From a virus: a DNA stretch of 64,000 bases. The notes under the pieces are model-generated. The model saw only the letters and a program-made list of their open reading frames with translations, searched no databases and had not been told where the DNA came from. The stretch spans positions 1-64,000 of the IMG/VR virus record IMGVR_UViG_3300030329_002830; one strand, 5' to 3'. Position numbers and translations under genes: made by a program. This document shows, piece by piece, positions 7,874-16,369 of the stretch. Position 1 is the first letter of the stretch; each line of letters begins with the position of its first letter.

Positions 7874-8118
7874 TGAACGCGAAGCGAAAGCCCCCCGGAT
7901 GGCGCAAGGCACTGGACAATGTGAGTGTAGGGGTAGATGCGTATGTAGAATGCTCACTCTGCCCCCAAGACTCCCACCAAAGATTGGGTGACCGGCTTTG
8001 GGTTGCCCGCGATCTTATGGTCGCCCTTGACCTGTCCGTGGGGGAGGGCTTGGACAACGGCTGGACTTACGACAGGGACGGCAACTGGACCTGCCCCACT
8101 TGCGGGGGTGAGCGATGA
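7870..8118 (+). CDS. small zinc-ribbon-like protein
   Basis: CSLC and CPTC; GGAGGTGAGTGATG junction. Confidence 0.65.
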   Translation: MMNAKRKPPGWRKALDNVSVGVDAYVECSLCPQDSHQRLGDRLWVARDLMVALDLSVGEGLDNGWTYDRDGNWTCPTCGGER

Positions 8119-8333
8119 TTTATCGACTGACCATTTGGGTCAATAACGAGGAGCACTGGCGCTACGAGTTCTTTGGCAGTCCCGCAGACGCCAAGCGTAG
8201 GTATGACGAGCTTGTCGACGGGGGCAAAGACCCCAAGCTGATTGAGATTGATGACCATAAGCCCACGCCCAAGAACAAGCAGCAGATACTTGCCCTTCTC
8301 AATGAATGGGCATCACACAGTTGCAACGGCTGA
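8115..8333 (+). CDS. small hypothetical protein
   Basis: ATGA overlap, GGGGGTGA RBS. Confidence 0.65.
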   Translation: MIYRLTIWVNNEEHWRYEFFGSPADAKRRYDELVDGGKDPKLIEIDDHKPTPKNKQQILALLNEWASHSCNG

Positions 8334-8345
8334 GGGAGGTGAAGA

Positions 8346-8537
8346 ATGAAAGTCGGTGATTTGGTTCGCGCTGGAGACTCAATAGGCACTGTGCTCAACC
8401 TTGAGTACGTCAAGAATGGCGAATATTGGGTCACATGTTTGTGGAATGATGGAGTTGTGGAAGGGTGTGCCGATGGCGACCTTGAACTGCTACCCGCTGG
8501 CACTACGCCGAACTCAAAGGAGGTGAGTGATGGGTAA
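8346..8537 (+). CDS. small SH3-like (YodC/DUF2158-like) protein
   Basis: MKVGDLVR...VTCLWNDG pattern; GGAGGT RBS. Confidence 0.55.
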   Translation: MKVGDLVRAGDSIGTVLNLEYVKNGEYWVTCLWNDGVVEGCADGDLELLPAGTTPNSKEVSDG

Positions 8538-8763
8538 GCCACATATGCTCATCGTTCTCAACGACGAGAAGACCTACAGCGACATGGAGGGGACCATTCT
8601 TCTTGTCTGTGACCAGGAGCAAGTTGATGCGGCAGACGCATCTGGCGACCCGCTGGATGCTCACAAGGCCGGGGCTCCTGCCATCGACCTGGCGGAGTTC
8701 ATCCGCACAGCAGTGAAGATGGGCGCGCTCAGGTACGTAAACACACCGACTGCCGAAGAGTAG
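8527..8763 (+). CDS. small hypothetical protein
   Basis: GGAGGTGAGTGATG junction. Confidence 0.65.
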   Translation: MMGKPHMLIVLNDEKTYSDMEGTILLVCDQEQVDAADASGDPLDAHKAGAPAIDLAEFIRTAVKMGALRYVNTPTAEE

Positions 8764-8783
8764 TTTTAACCACAATGCCTAAC

Positions 8784-8812
8784 TTGACGGACGGTGTATG
8801 CGGGCCTATGAT
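8784..8812 (+). promoter_or_regulatory. sigma70-like promoter
   Basis: TTGACG-N17-TATGAT. Confidence 0.7.
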
Positions 8813-8866
8813 GGGTAGGATGACGCCGTCACAAACCAAAAAACAACAGCCACCCAGGGAGGGAGG

Positions 8867-9379
8867 ATGTCAAACCTGAAAAAACTAATCACTGCTGCGG
8901 GCGGGGCCCATGGTGTGTTCCTTGCCGTCAGGCATGATGAGAATCTGGCTGGAACTATAACCAGAACACAGAAGGGAACGCTCCAGCAGAGCGGCAAGCC
9001 TCTCGGAGACAACGAGCTTGCCAACATCTTGGTCTACCTGACCGGAACATACGGAATCAAGCCAAGCAAGTGGGAGCTAATGTCCGGCCTTGTTGCCGCA
9101 TCACAGAAGACAAGGAGAAACAGCAAGAGAAAGCCGCCACCTCAAGACTTCATCAACAAGGTCGATTCTTGGCTGCAAGCCAACGGGCCATCAGCAAGGA
9201 ATCTTACAATCACTACTGAAAGAATAGCCGTAGAGATTTCGCCAGATGAGTTTGAAGCAAACAGGCGCGGAGCGGAAATGAAAGTAGCCGCTGCACTTCG
9301 CTCGCTTGGACTTCACTCAAAGAGGATGATGGTCGGAGGCGTAAGACATTACCGGTGGTTCCCAACAAAAACAACTTGA
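8867..9379 (+). CDS. ATPase-less paralogue of the VirE/VapE protein (N-domain fused to C-terminal wHTH)
   Basis: both halves align by eye to the termini of 11882-13222; GGAGG RBS. Confidence 0.7.
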   Translation: MSNLKKLITAAGGAHGVFLAVRHDENLAGTITRTQKGTLQQSGKPLGDNELANILVYLTGTYGIKPSKWELMSGLVAASQKTRRNSKRKPPPQDFINKVDSWLQANGPSARNLTITTERIAVEISPDEFEANRRGAEMKVAAALRSLGLHSKRMMVGGVRHYRWFPTKTT

Positions 9380-9404
9380 CGAAGTTAGGCACAGTAACTA
9401 AGCT
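9376..9404 (+). promoter_or_regulatory. sigma70-like promoter
   Basis: TTGACG-N17-TAAGCT. Confidence 0.65.
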
Positions 9405-9450
9405 CTTAGAGAAGGCGAAAGCCAACAACAACAACAACAACGGAAAGAAC

Positions 9451-9945
9451 ATGAACAACCTCACACCAGAAGAGATCATCGCATTGCTCAAGGCAGTTCC
9501 AACAAAGGAGTCTGCCAAGGCCCGCAAGGCTATCGCAAACGACTCGCAGGTCGAAATCGATACCGTTGTTCGGGTCAAGGGCATCCTCAAGCGGGGCGAA
9601 GCATTCGACTCCAAGGGTACCAGCCGTATTCCCTGGAAGGTTGCTATTGCTTTGCTGCTTAAGCGCTCAGGCGTGACTGGCCCTGGCTCTATCGAGCTTT
9701 TGACTGAGGCCATTCGTGATGCCGTCGCTATGAACAAGGATGCTCGCAACGAGCTTCTGAAAGAGAACGGCGTTGGTGACGCTCTTCAGATTGTAGACAA
9801 GGAGCTTTGCGAAAAGCTGCCGCCCATTCAGAAGGATGGAAACATCAGCTTCGCCGCGTCCGTGGTGGAGGCAGTCCGTCAGCCAGAACTGGTGGTTGAC
9901 GAAGAGAACAACAACGAGAACTCCGGCACAGAAGCCGCGAAGTAG
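9451..9945 (+). CDS. hypothetical protein
   Basis: follows promoter and (CAA)n leader. Confidence 0.7.
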   Translation: MNNLTPEEIIALLKAVPTKESAKARKAIANDSQVEIDTVVRVKGILKRGEAFDSKGTSRIPWKVAIALLLKRSGVTGPGSIELLTEAIRDAVAMNKDARNELLKENGVGDALQIVDKELCEKLPPIQKDGNISFAASVVEAVRQPELVVDEENNNENSGTEAAK

Positions 9946-9955
9946 GGAGGCCGAA

Positions 9956-10201
9956 ATGGCACGCAAGACAAGCAACAACAAGAAGGTCAACGCCGAAGAC
10001 TTCATCACCGCGTGGCAACAAGCCGACTCGGTGGAAGAGGTTTCCGAGAGGCTTGGGATGTCCAAGAGCGCAGCAATGACACGGGCCAGCAACTATCGCC
10101 GGGTCCATGAGATTCCGCTGAAGAAGTTCTACAGGTCCAGCAAGCTGGACAAGGACAAGCTCAGGGCCCTCGCCGTGTCGCTCGCCACTCACGCCAAGTG
10201 A
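9956..10201 (+). CDS. HTH DNA-binding protein
   Basis: SVEEVSERLGMSKSAAMTRA helix-turn-helix; GGAGG RBS. Confidence 0.7.
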   Translation: MARKTSNNKKVNAEDFITAWQQADSVEEVSERLGMSKSAAMTRASNYRRVHEIPLKKFYRSSKLDKDKLRALAVSLATHAK

Positions 10202-10317
10202 GCACAAAATGGGGATAGGCCGTGGGGTTCATCCTGTTGCCCCAACTCATCGAGCAGGGAGGCATGTCGAAGGTCGAATAGATGCCTCAACCCTGCTGCC
10301 GAATGGCAGTCGTGGGT

Positions 10318-10665
10318 ATGACAAACAAGCTTCAAGCAGGGCTTTTTACAATGGCAGCAGACAAGAAAAGACAACTCGCAGACTCATCTTCAGCCAACAG
10401 AGTCAACACAATGCCAGCCATCTCCGCGCTGGTCAAAGCAATGGGGGGCAGCCTTCGACAGTCTGCCAAAATCATGGGCGCAAACTACGCCACCCTATGG
10501 AGGCAGAAGGAAGCGAAGAAGAACCCACCCTCACTGGACGCGCTGATTTTGTATGCCAACAGGGTGTACAACAGGACCGGAATCGCCATGGTCGTGACCG
10601 TGACGCCGGACATGAATCTCATCTACTCGATCACCGACGGCTACGAAGACGGAGAATCGAGTTGA
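10318..10665 (+). CDS. HTH-like protein (start uncertain)
   Basis: SLRQSAKIMGANYATLWR...PSLDALI, XRE-like. Confidence 0.55.
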   Translation: MTNKLQAGLFTMAADKKRQLADSSSANRVNTMPAISALVKAMGGSLRQSAKIMGANYATLWRQKEAKKNPPSLDALILYANRVYNRTGIAMVVTVTPDMNLIYSITDGYEDGESS

Positions 10666-10817
10666 ACAAACCTTGGTAGCTCGCTACCAATAGATCGCCC
10701 GCAGGGACTGATCATCTCTGCACCTTGCAAGAGGTGATGGGCTCCCGACAGGGCCACCCGAGGTTTGCTTGGGTGGCTCTCATCGGGGCCCGTCGTGCGA
10801 CCACACCGGGAGCCCTT

Positions 10818-11882
10818 ATGTGGATCGAACAAGCACGACAGGTATCGCTTCAGGCGGCAGCAAAAGAGGCTGGCCTGACCGTCGCCAGAAACAGCATGGC
10901 GCCATGTCCAATGTGTGCAGCCGTTACCCGTGGCAGCAGCGACAAGCGTGGACCGATAGGATTCAGCCGAGATGGGTACGGTTGGCTGTGTCACCGATGC
11001 GGGGCCAAGGGTGACGTGGTTGACCTCGTCGCCATCACGTCCTGTGGCAATCTCTTCAGGAACATCGACAAGCCGCAGCAGCTATCGGTGAGGGCCTGGT
11101 TCTCTCAGCGTGGAGCATGCGAGCCACTTAATGGTCAGGAGATTGAGGCCGTTTCATTGAACGCGCCTCTCCCCAAGCGAGACACCGAGCAAAAGCCGCC
11201 CAACAACGAGAGGCCACCTGAACGGCAACTCAAAGATTTGTGGGCCTCAACGCTTTCAATCGTAGATGGTCTCGACTTGCCGCCAGAGTTCTCTGACCCG
11301 CTTGATGACTGGATGATTCGAAAAGAGTTTTCCCCCATCTTGTGCTCCAGACTCAACGTGGTTCGTGTTCTGCCCACGCCGACACAGTTCAACTGGCCAG
11401 AGTGGTGGCCCAAGTCATGGTCCAACGACTACCGCCTGGTTGCTCCAGCTTACGAGATGGATGGAACCTTTGCCAGCATCCACGCCAGGACATGCAAAGA
11501 CATCAAGGGCAAGCCCAAAACGAGGTGGCCACGAGGCTGCAAGGCCGGCGGCCTGGTCATGGCAAACCCCATGGCAGTAAAGATGATGAGAGGAAATCCA
11601 CTCGACTTTGGCGGCGACGTACCCGGCTTATTGATTTGTGAAGGGTTTACCGACTTTCTCCGGGCCGCCCTTACTGCTATGAATGAAGGACTTGTCCTTC
11701 CGATCATTGCCGGAACGCAGGGCTGCTTCAGGCAGCTTCGAGAGGTGAAGATCCCAAAAGACTTGAACATATTCATCGCCACAGATCCTGATGAGAAGGG
11801 CAACGAGTATGCCCACATCATCACACAACAACTTGCACATCACCCCATATATAGGCTGCCGCTGAAACAACAGGAGACCTGA
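10818..11882 (+). CDS. DNA primase (Zn finger + TOPRIM)
   Basis: CPMC...WLCHRCGAKGDVVDL; LLICEGFTD; IATDPDEKG. Confidence 0.85.
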   Translation: MWIEQARQVSLQAAAKEAGLTVARNSMAPCPMCAAVTRGSSDKRGPIGFSRDGYGWLCHRCGAKGDVVDLVAITSCGNLFRNIDKPQQLSVRAWFSQRGACEPLNGQEIEAVSLNAPLPKRDTEQKPPNNERPPERQLKDLWASTLSIVDGLDLPPEFSDPLDDWMIRKEFSPILCSRLNVVRVLPTPTQFNWPEWWPKSWSNDYRLVAPAYEMDGTFASIHARTCKDIKGKPKTRWPRGCKAGGLVMANPMAVKMMRGNPLDFGGDVPGLLICEGFTDFLRAALTAMNEGLVLPIIAGTQGCFRQLREVKIPKDLNIFIATDPDEKGNEYAHIITQQLAHHPIYRLPLKQQET

Positions 11883-13222
11883 TGCCCGACTTGGATGACA
11901 CCTTACGCGGAAACCAAACGCTGAGAAACTTGCTGAAACTGTCCGTTGTGAGTGGATCCTTGACCGGAGACAGCCCTGACGACAAAGCCTACCTTGGTGA
12001 CAACGACCCCGACCCAGCCGCACTCAACAGGCTGGAGCAATACAAAGACAAGCAAGGCAATCCCACCGGCCAGGCCAAGACAAGCCGGCGCAACATCTTC
12101 TTGATTCTCTCCTACGACAAGAGGTGGAAGACCCGCATTTGGCTGAACGACTTTTCAGGCGCCCTGATGCTGGATGACCGCGAGTATGAGGACGTGGACG
12201 ACACAGAGATAATGCTGTGGCTTGATCAGGTGTATCAGATGAAGGTTGGAACTGAAGCGGTCAAAGAGATGACGGCCTTTGTCGGCAACCGAAACAAGCA
12301 AAACCCCCTTCAAGACTGGCTCAATCAAAAGCACTGGGACAAAACGCCACGCATAGACGACTGGATCGTTCGCGCTACCGGCTGTGACAACACGGAACTC
12401 AACTGCGAGATTGGAAAGCGGTGGCTGATCCAAGCCATAGCAAGAGCAATGACGCCCGGCTGTAAGGCGGACTGCGTCTTGATCCTTATTGGAAAACAAG
12501 GGGCAAAGAAGAGCACTTTGCTTAGGACGCTGGCGTCCACCGAGTTCTTTGCGGACACCCCCATCGACATTGGCTCACCCAACGCCTACACGCAGATTCG
12601 GCGCGCTTGGATCTATGAGGTGGCTGAGCTTGATTCCGTGCGACGGTCAGCCAACTCGGCAACCAAGGCTTTCTTGAGCGCTCAAGAGGATGTCTACCGC
12701 CCAGCCTATGGTCGACATGCAGTCACCGTAAAGCGTCATGTTTGCTTTGCAGGGACAACCAATGAAGCCCAGTTCATTAGCGACCAAACCGGGTCGCGCC
12801 GGTACTGGCCAATCAAGGTGGGCCAGATTGACCTTGAGTGGGTGGCACAGCACAGAGACCAACTGTGGGCCGAAGCGATTGTAGAGTTCAATGCTGGTGA
12901 GCGGTGGTGGCTTGAGAACGAGGTCTCTGAATCCCTATCGGAAGAAAGCGAGCAGTACCGACACGTTGACCCATGGATGGAGCGCATCTCCGATTGGTTG
13001 ATTGGCAACGCAGGATCGCTCACAACCAGGAACATTTTGGAAAATGGCCTGAAACTTGAGTCCAATCAGATGACCAGAAGTGCAGAGATGCGCATCGGTG
13101 AGGTGATGCGCGACCTTGGCTACGAACGTAAGCGGTGCCGTAAAGGCGGGAGACGTGTGTATGAGTGGTTGAAGAAAGACAGAGTGATTGAAATCCCCTT
13201 CAGTGAAACTAACGATTGGTAA
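11882..13222 (+). CDS. VirE/VapE-family P-loop ATPase (replicative helicase-like)
   Basis: PGCKAD, GKQGAKKST, WIYEVAEL, YRPAYGR, GTTN, DQTGSRRYWP. Confidence 0.9.
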   Translation: MPDLDDTLRGNQTLRNLLKLSVVSGSLTGDSPDDKAYLGDNDPDPAALNRLEQYKDKQGNPTGQAKTSRRNIFLILSYDKRWKTRIWLNDFSGALMLDDREYEDVDDTEIMLWLDQVYQMKVGTEAVKEMTAFVGNRNKQNPLQDWLNQKHWDKTPRIDDWIVRATGCDNTELNCEIGKRWLIQAIARAMTPGCKADCVLILIGKQGAKKSTLLRTLASTEFFADTPIDIGSPNAYTQIRRAWIYEVAELDSVRRSANSATKAFLSAQEDVYRPAYGRHAVTVKRHVCFAGTTNEAQFISDQTGSRRYWPIKVGQIDLEWVAQHRDQLWAEAIVEFNAGERWWLENEVSESLSEESEQYRHVDPWMERISDWLIGNAGSLTTRNILENGLKLESNQMTRSAEMRIGEVMRDLGYERKRCRKGGRRVYEWLKKDRVIEIPFSETNDW

Positions 13223-13226
13223 TGAA

Positions 13227-14600
13227 ATGAATGACAACATTTGTGTGATTGGTGGCGCTAAGTTTTTACCACCAAACAGCCCGGCAGCAGACCAGATTCG
13301 AAACAAGCTCAAGCTCCCAAACCCCGCATACAAGCAGGCCCAAGCTCTTCGCGGTAGAGGCAAGTGGGTAAACGTGCCCGACGCACACATCAACGGCTGC
13401 CAGGAGATTCCGCCAGAGCACCCATGGGGCGGCGGATTGTCTGTTCCAAGGTGTGTCGACTTGTCTGACTATGGCCTGGAAATGCGAGACATGAGGGGCA
13501 CGCCAGACGCCAAGCCCGTCAAGCTGCGCTCAAGCATCAGCCTTCGGGACTACCAAAAGGACGCAATCCATGCGTGGTCGATGGCTGGAGGAGAGGGAGT
13601 CATCGTTGCACCTTGTGGCGCTGGCAAGACCGTGATGGGCCTGGCCGCCGCAACCAGGGTCGACACAAAGACCCTTGTGCTGGTCCACACCCGCGACCTT
13701 GCGTCTCAGTGGCTTGATAGGTGCCGGCAGATTCTCGGCGTAACAGCGACCCTTTATGGTGGCGGGAAGAAGGACGACTCAGGCCGCATCGTTATCGCCA
13801 CCTTCCAGACGTTGGAAAGAATGCGCTGGTCTGAGCGTTATCAATGGGCCAAGCAGTTTGGACTGTGCATTGTGGATGAGGCGCATCATGTTCCTGCCAG
13901 CACGTTTTGCTCAGTCATGGTCACCATTCCAGCCAGGTACCGGCTCGGTTTAACGGCAACGCCGGATCGACCGGACGGCCTGACAGATCTTCTGCATTGG
14001 CACGTTGGTGAGACGGTCTACGCCATCGACACAAAAATGCTCGCCGTTGATGGCCAGGTCATTGCCCCACGAATCGAATGGCTCAACACGGGGTGGGAGC
14101 CGAAGAAGAAGGGGCAGGAGTGGCCCAAGCTCATCACTGACATGACAACCGACATAGACAGGAACGTCAAGATTGTCTCTCGTGTTCTCGCCGCTGTAGA
14201 TGAAGGGCGACAAGTGCTGGTTCTTTCTGACCGCGTTGACCACTGCGCCTTTCTTGCAGAACAACTATCAGAATACAGCCTAAAGGCCGTGGCATTCGTT
14301 GGAAGTGTGTCCAAGAAGAAAAGAGAGCGAATCTTAGAACAAGCCAACAAGAGAGAAATCGATGTCATTTGCGCCACTACAGTGGCTGATGAGGGCCTTG
14401 ACCTTCCCGGCCTGGACACCGTGATGCTGACAACGCCATCAAAGGCGTTAAATCGTGTTCAACAAAGGATTGGTCGAGTGATGCGACCGCACCCCGATAA
14501 GAAAGAACCGATTGTTGTTGACCTTGTTGACGAGCCAGGTTCCCTTAGGGGCATCGCACGAAAGCGACTGCGGTTGTATACTCAGCTTGGATGTAGGTAG
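13227..14600 (+). CDS. SF2 DEAH helicase (UvsW/RAD25-like)
   Basis: LRDYQ, APCGAGKT, DEAH, GLTATP, EGLDLP, QRIGRVMR. Confidence 0.92.
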   Translation: MNDNICVIGGAKFLPPNSPAADQIRNKLKLPNPAYKQAQALRGRGKWVNVPDAHINGCQEIPPEHPWGGGLSVPRCVDLSDYGLEMRDMRGTPDAKPVKLRSSISLRDYQKDAIHAWSMAGGEGVIVAPCGAGKTVMGLAAATRVDTKTLVLVHTRDLASQWLDRCRQILGVTATLYGGGKKDDSGRIVIATFQTLERMRWSERYQWAKQFGLCIVDEAHHVPASTFCSVMVTIPARYRLGLTATPDRPDGLTDLLHWHVGETVYAIDTKMLAVDGQVIAPRIEWLNTGWEPKKKGQEWPKLITDMTTDIDRNVKIVSRVLAAVDEGRQVLVLSDRVDHCAFLAEQLSEYSLKAVAFVGSVSKKKRERILEQANKREIDVICATTVADEGLDLPGLDTVMLTTPSKALNRVQQRIGRVMRPHPDKKEPIVVDLVDEPGSLRGIARKRLRLYTQLGCR

Positions 14601-14604
14601 CCTC

Positions 14605-14814
14605 ATGGGTGAAATCTTCGAAATGCTTCCAGTCGGATGGTCCATCACTCCAACGAAGGATGGGTGGACGGTCTGCGATGAAGACGACGACTTTGTTGCA
14701 AAGGGATTGGACACAGACGAACTGAAGCGCATGCTCGATATTGAGTTTGCGCTTCAGCAGGTCTTTGTCGCAATGCAGATGGTTCAGGGCCAGCAAACGA
14801 TTGCTGAAGCCTGA
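14605..14814 (+). CDS. small hypothetical protein
   Basis: short ORF directly after helicase, AGGT RBS. Confidence 0.55.
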   Translation: MGEIFEMLPVGWSITPTKDGWTVCDEDDDFVAKGLDTDELKRMLDIEFALQQVFVAMQMVQGQQTIAEA

Positions 14815-14816
14815 GC

Positions 14817-15083
14817 TTACTTCTTCTTTGCGGCGGTCTTCTTCTTGGCAGGAGCCTTCTTGGCAGGAGCCTTCTTGGCAGGAGCCTTCTTGGCAGGAGC
14901 CTTCTTGGCAGGAGCCTTCTTGGGGGCAGGCTTGGCAGCGGCAGCGGCAGCGGCAGCGGCAGCATTGGCAGCATTCATTGCATCAATGTGCATAAACAGC
15001 TTCTTAATGATGCCCTGAGTGTCCGGCGTCTTACTTTGAAGAGACCTCTTGAGATTGCGAAGATCGGTGTCAGAAAGCAGCAT
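14817..15083 (-). CDS. histone H1-like basic protein (poly-Ala + PAKKA repeats)
   Basis: (KKAPA)x5 encoded by 15-bp tandem repeats; GGAGG RBS. Confidence 0.75.
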   Translation of the reverse strand: MLLSDTDLRNLKRSLQSKTPDTQGIIKKLFMHIDAMNAANAAAAAAAAAAKPAPKKAPAKKAPAKKAPAKKAPAKKAPAKKKTAAKKK

Positions 15084-15336
15084 TGTTCCTCCTTATTTGA
15101 TAATGCTTGCGCTTGAATAGACCAGGCCAATCACGGACCTTAACTTTGCTTCCAGTTGCATCTTCAACAGCAATCGCAAGCGCAAGAGAAGGCACAGACC
15201 GACCACTCTCCAGGTCCCTTAAATAAGGAACTGAAATGTTGAGTCGCCTTTGGCTTAGGTAGTCGTTGATCCATCTACAAAACGCAACACGAGTGTTTTT
15301 GCCGGGAAGGCTTTCTCGATAGTCTCTGATGTTCAT
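15070..15336 (-). CDS. Cro/CI-like XRE HTH regulator
   Basis: [37 protein letters not shown]. Confidence 0.8.
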   Translation of the reverse strand: MNIRDYRESLPGKNTRVAFCRWINDYLSQRRLNISVPYLRDLESGRSVPSLALAIAVEDATGSKVKVRDWPGLFKRKHYQIRRNNAAF

Positions 15337-15368
15337 AACAACACCCCTGCAACATTAAATACAATATC

Positions 15369-15429
15369 GGACAAAACTTGTCCAACTCGCAGTGATGCTA
15401 TTGACATCACTTCTCGGCAAGAGTAGCTT
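15369..15429 (+). promoter_or_regulatory. divergent control region: promoter plus two palindromic operator candidates
   Basis: TTGACA(15401)-N17-TAGCTT; GGACAA-N3-TTGTCC (15369-15383); AGTGATG-N7-CATCACT (15391-15411) overlapping the -35. Confidence 0.6.
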
Positions 15430-15448
15430 CGTTCGGTGGGGATTGAAC

Positions 15449-16369
15449 ATGATTGAAAACGGGCACGCACCAACCATCGGAAGCAGCAGCATAGCAGCCA
15501 TACTTGGCCTCTCCCCGTGGGCTGGGCCATGGGATGTGTGGGCTCGACTGATGGGCCTCGCGCAATCTACATCCACCAGAGCAACGCTTCGCGGCCACAT
15601 TCTTGAGCCAGCGATTGCGAACTACTACGGCGATCAGATCGGGTGCGAACTGACCCCCGGCCCTGAGTATGAAGAAGAGCCGATCATTGGGCCAGAGCCT
15701 TGGATGCACGCACGGCCTGACCGTTTTGCCAAGAAAGATGGACAAGAGTGGCTGGTTGAAATCAAATCCACAAGGACGTTCAAGGATGGCTGGGGTGAGC
15801 CTGGGACGCCTGATGTTCCCCAATACTATGCAGCCCAGTGCCTTTGGCAGATGGCCGTGACCGGCCACGAGCGGACTGACCTCGCTGCATTTGCTACCAT
15901 TTCAGACGAGTACCGCGTCTTTACGCTCCATCGAGACAGAGATCTTGAGGATAGAATCGTCGGCTATGCGCGCAACTGGTACGAGAAGTACATCATCTCC
16001 ATGACCCCGCCCGACGTAGACAACTCGAAGGGATGCTCTATAAATCTTGGCAGACACTTCAAACAAAAGTCCGACGACTTTGTTGAGGCGACCGAGCAAG
16101 ACGAAGCCTTAGCCAAAGACTTGTTTGATGTTCGGCGCAGGATCAGTGAGCTTGAAGCAGACAAGAGGATGAAGGAAAACCTACTCAAAGAAAGAGTCGC
16201 CGAAAGCAGGGGCGTTGCCGGGGTATGTACTTGGTCCGAAACCAAACCCCGCGTCACTGTCGACTCCAAAAAACTGAAGGAAGAGCACCCCGAAATCTAC
16301 GAAAAGTATTCGAAGACCGGGCAGGCAAGCCGCCAGTTTCGATTTATCTACCAACCAAAGGAACAGTAA
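15449..16369 (+). CDS. YqaJ / lambda-Exo family exonuclease
   Basis: IGSSSIAAILGLSPW, GHILEP, ARPDR, LVEIKS, YYAAQCLWQMAVTG. Confidence 0.9.
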   Translation: MIENGHAPTIGSSSIAAILGLSPWAGPWDVWARLMGLAQSTSTRATLRGHILEPAIANYYGDQIGCELTPGPEYEEEPIIGPEPWMHARPDRFAKKDGQEWLVEIKSTRTFKDGWGEPGTPDVPQYYAAQCLWQMAVTGHERTDLAAFATISDEYRVFTLHRDRDLEDRIVGYARNWYEKYIISMTPPDVDNSKGCSINLGRHFKQKSDDFVEATEQDEALAKDLFDVRRRISELEADKRMKENLLKERVAESRGVAGVCTWSETKPRVTVDSKKLKEEHPEIYEKYSKTGQASRQFRFIYQPKEQ

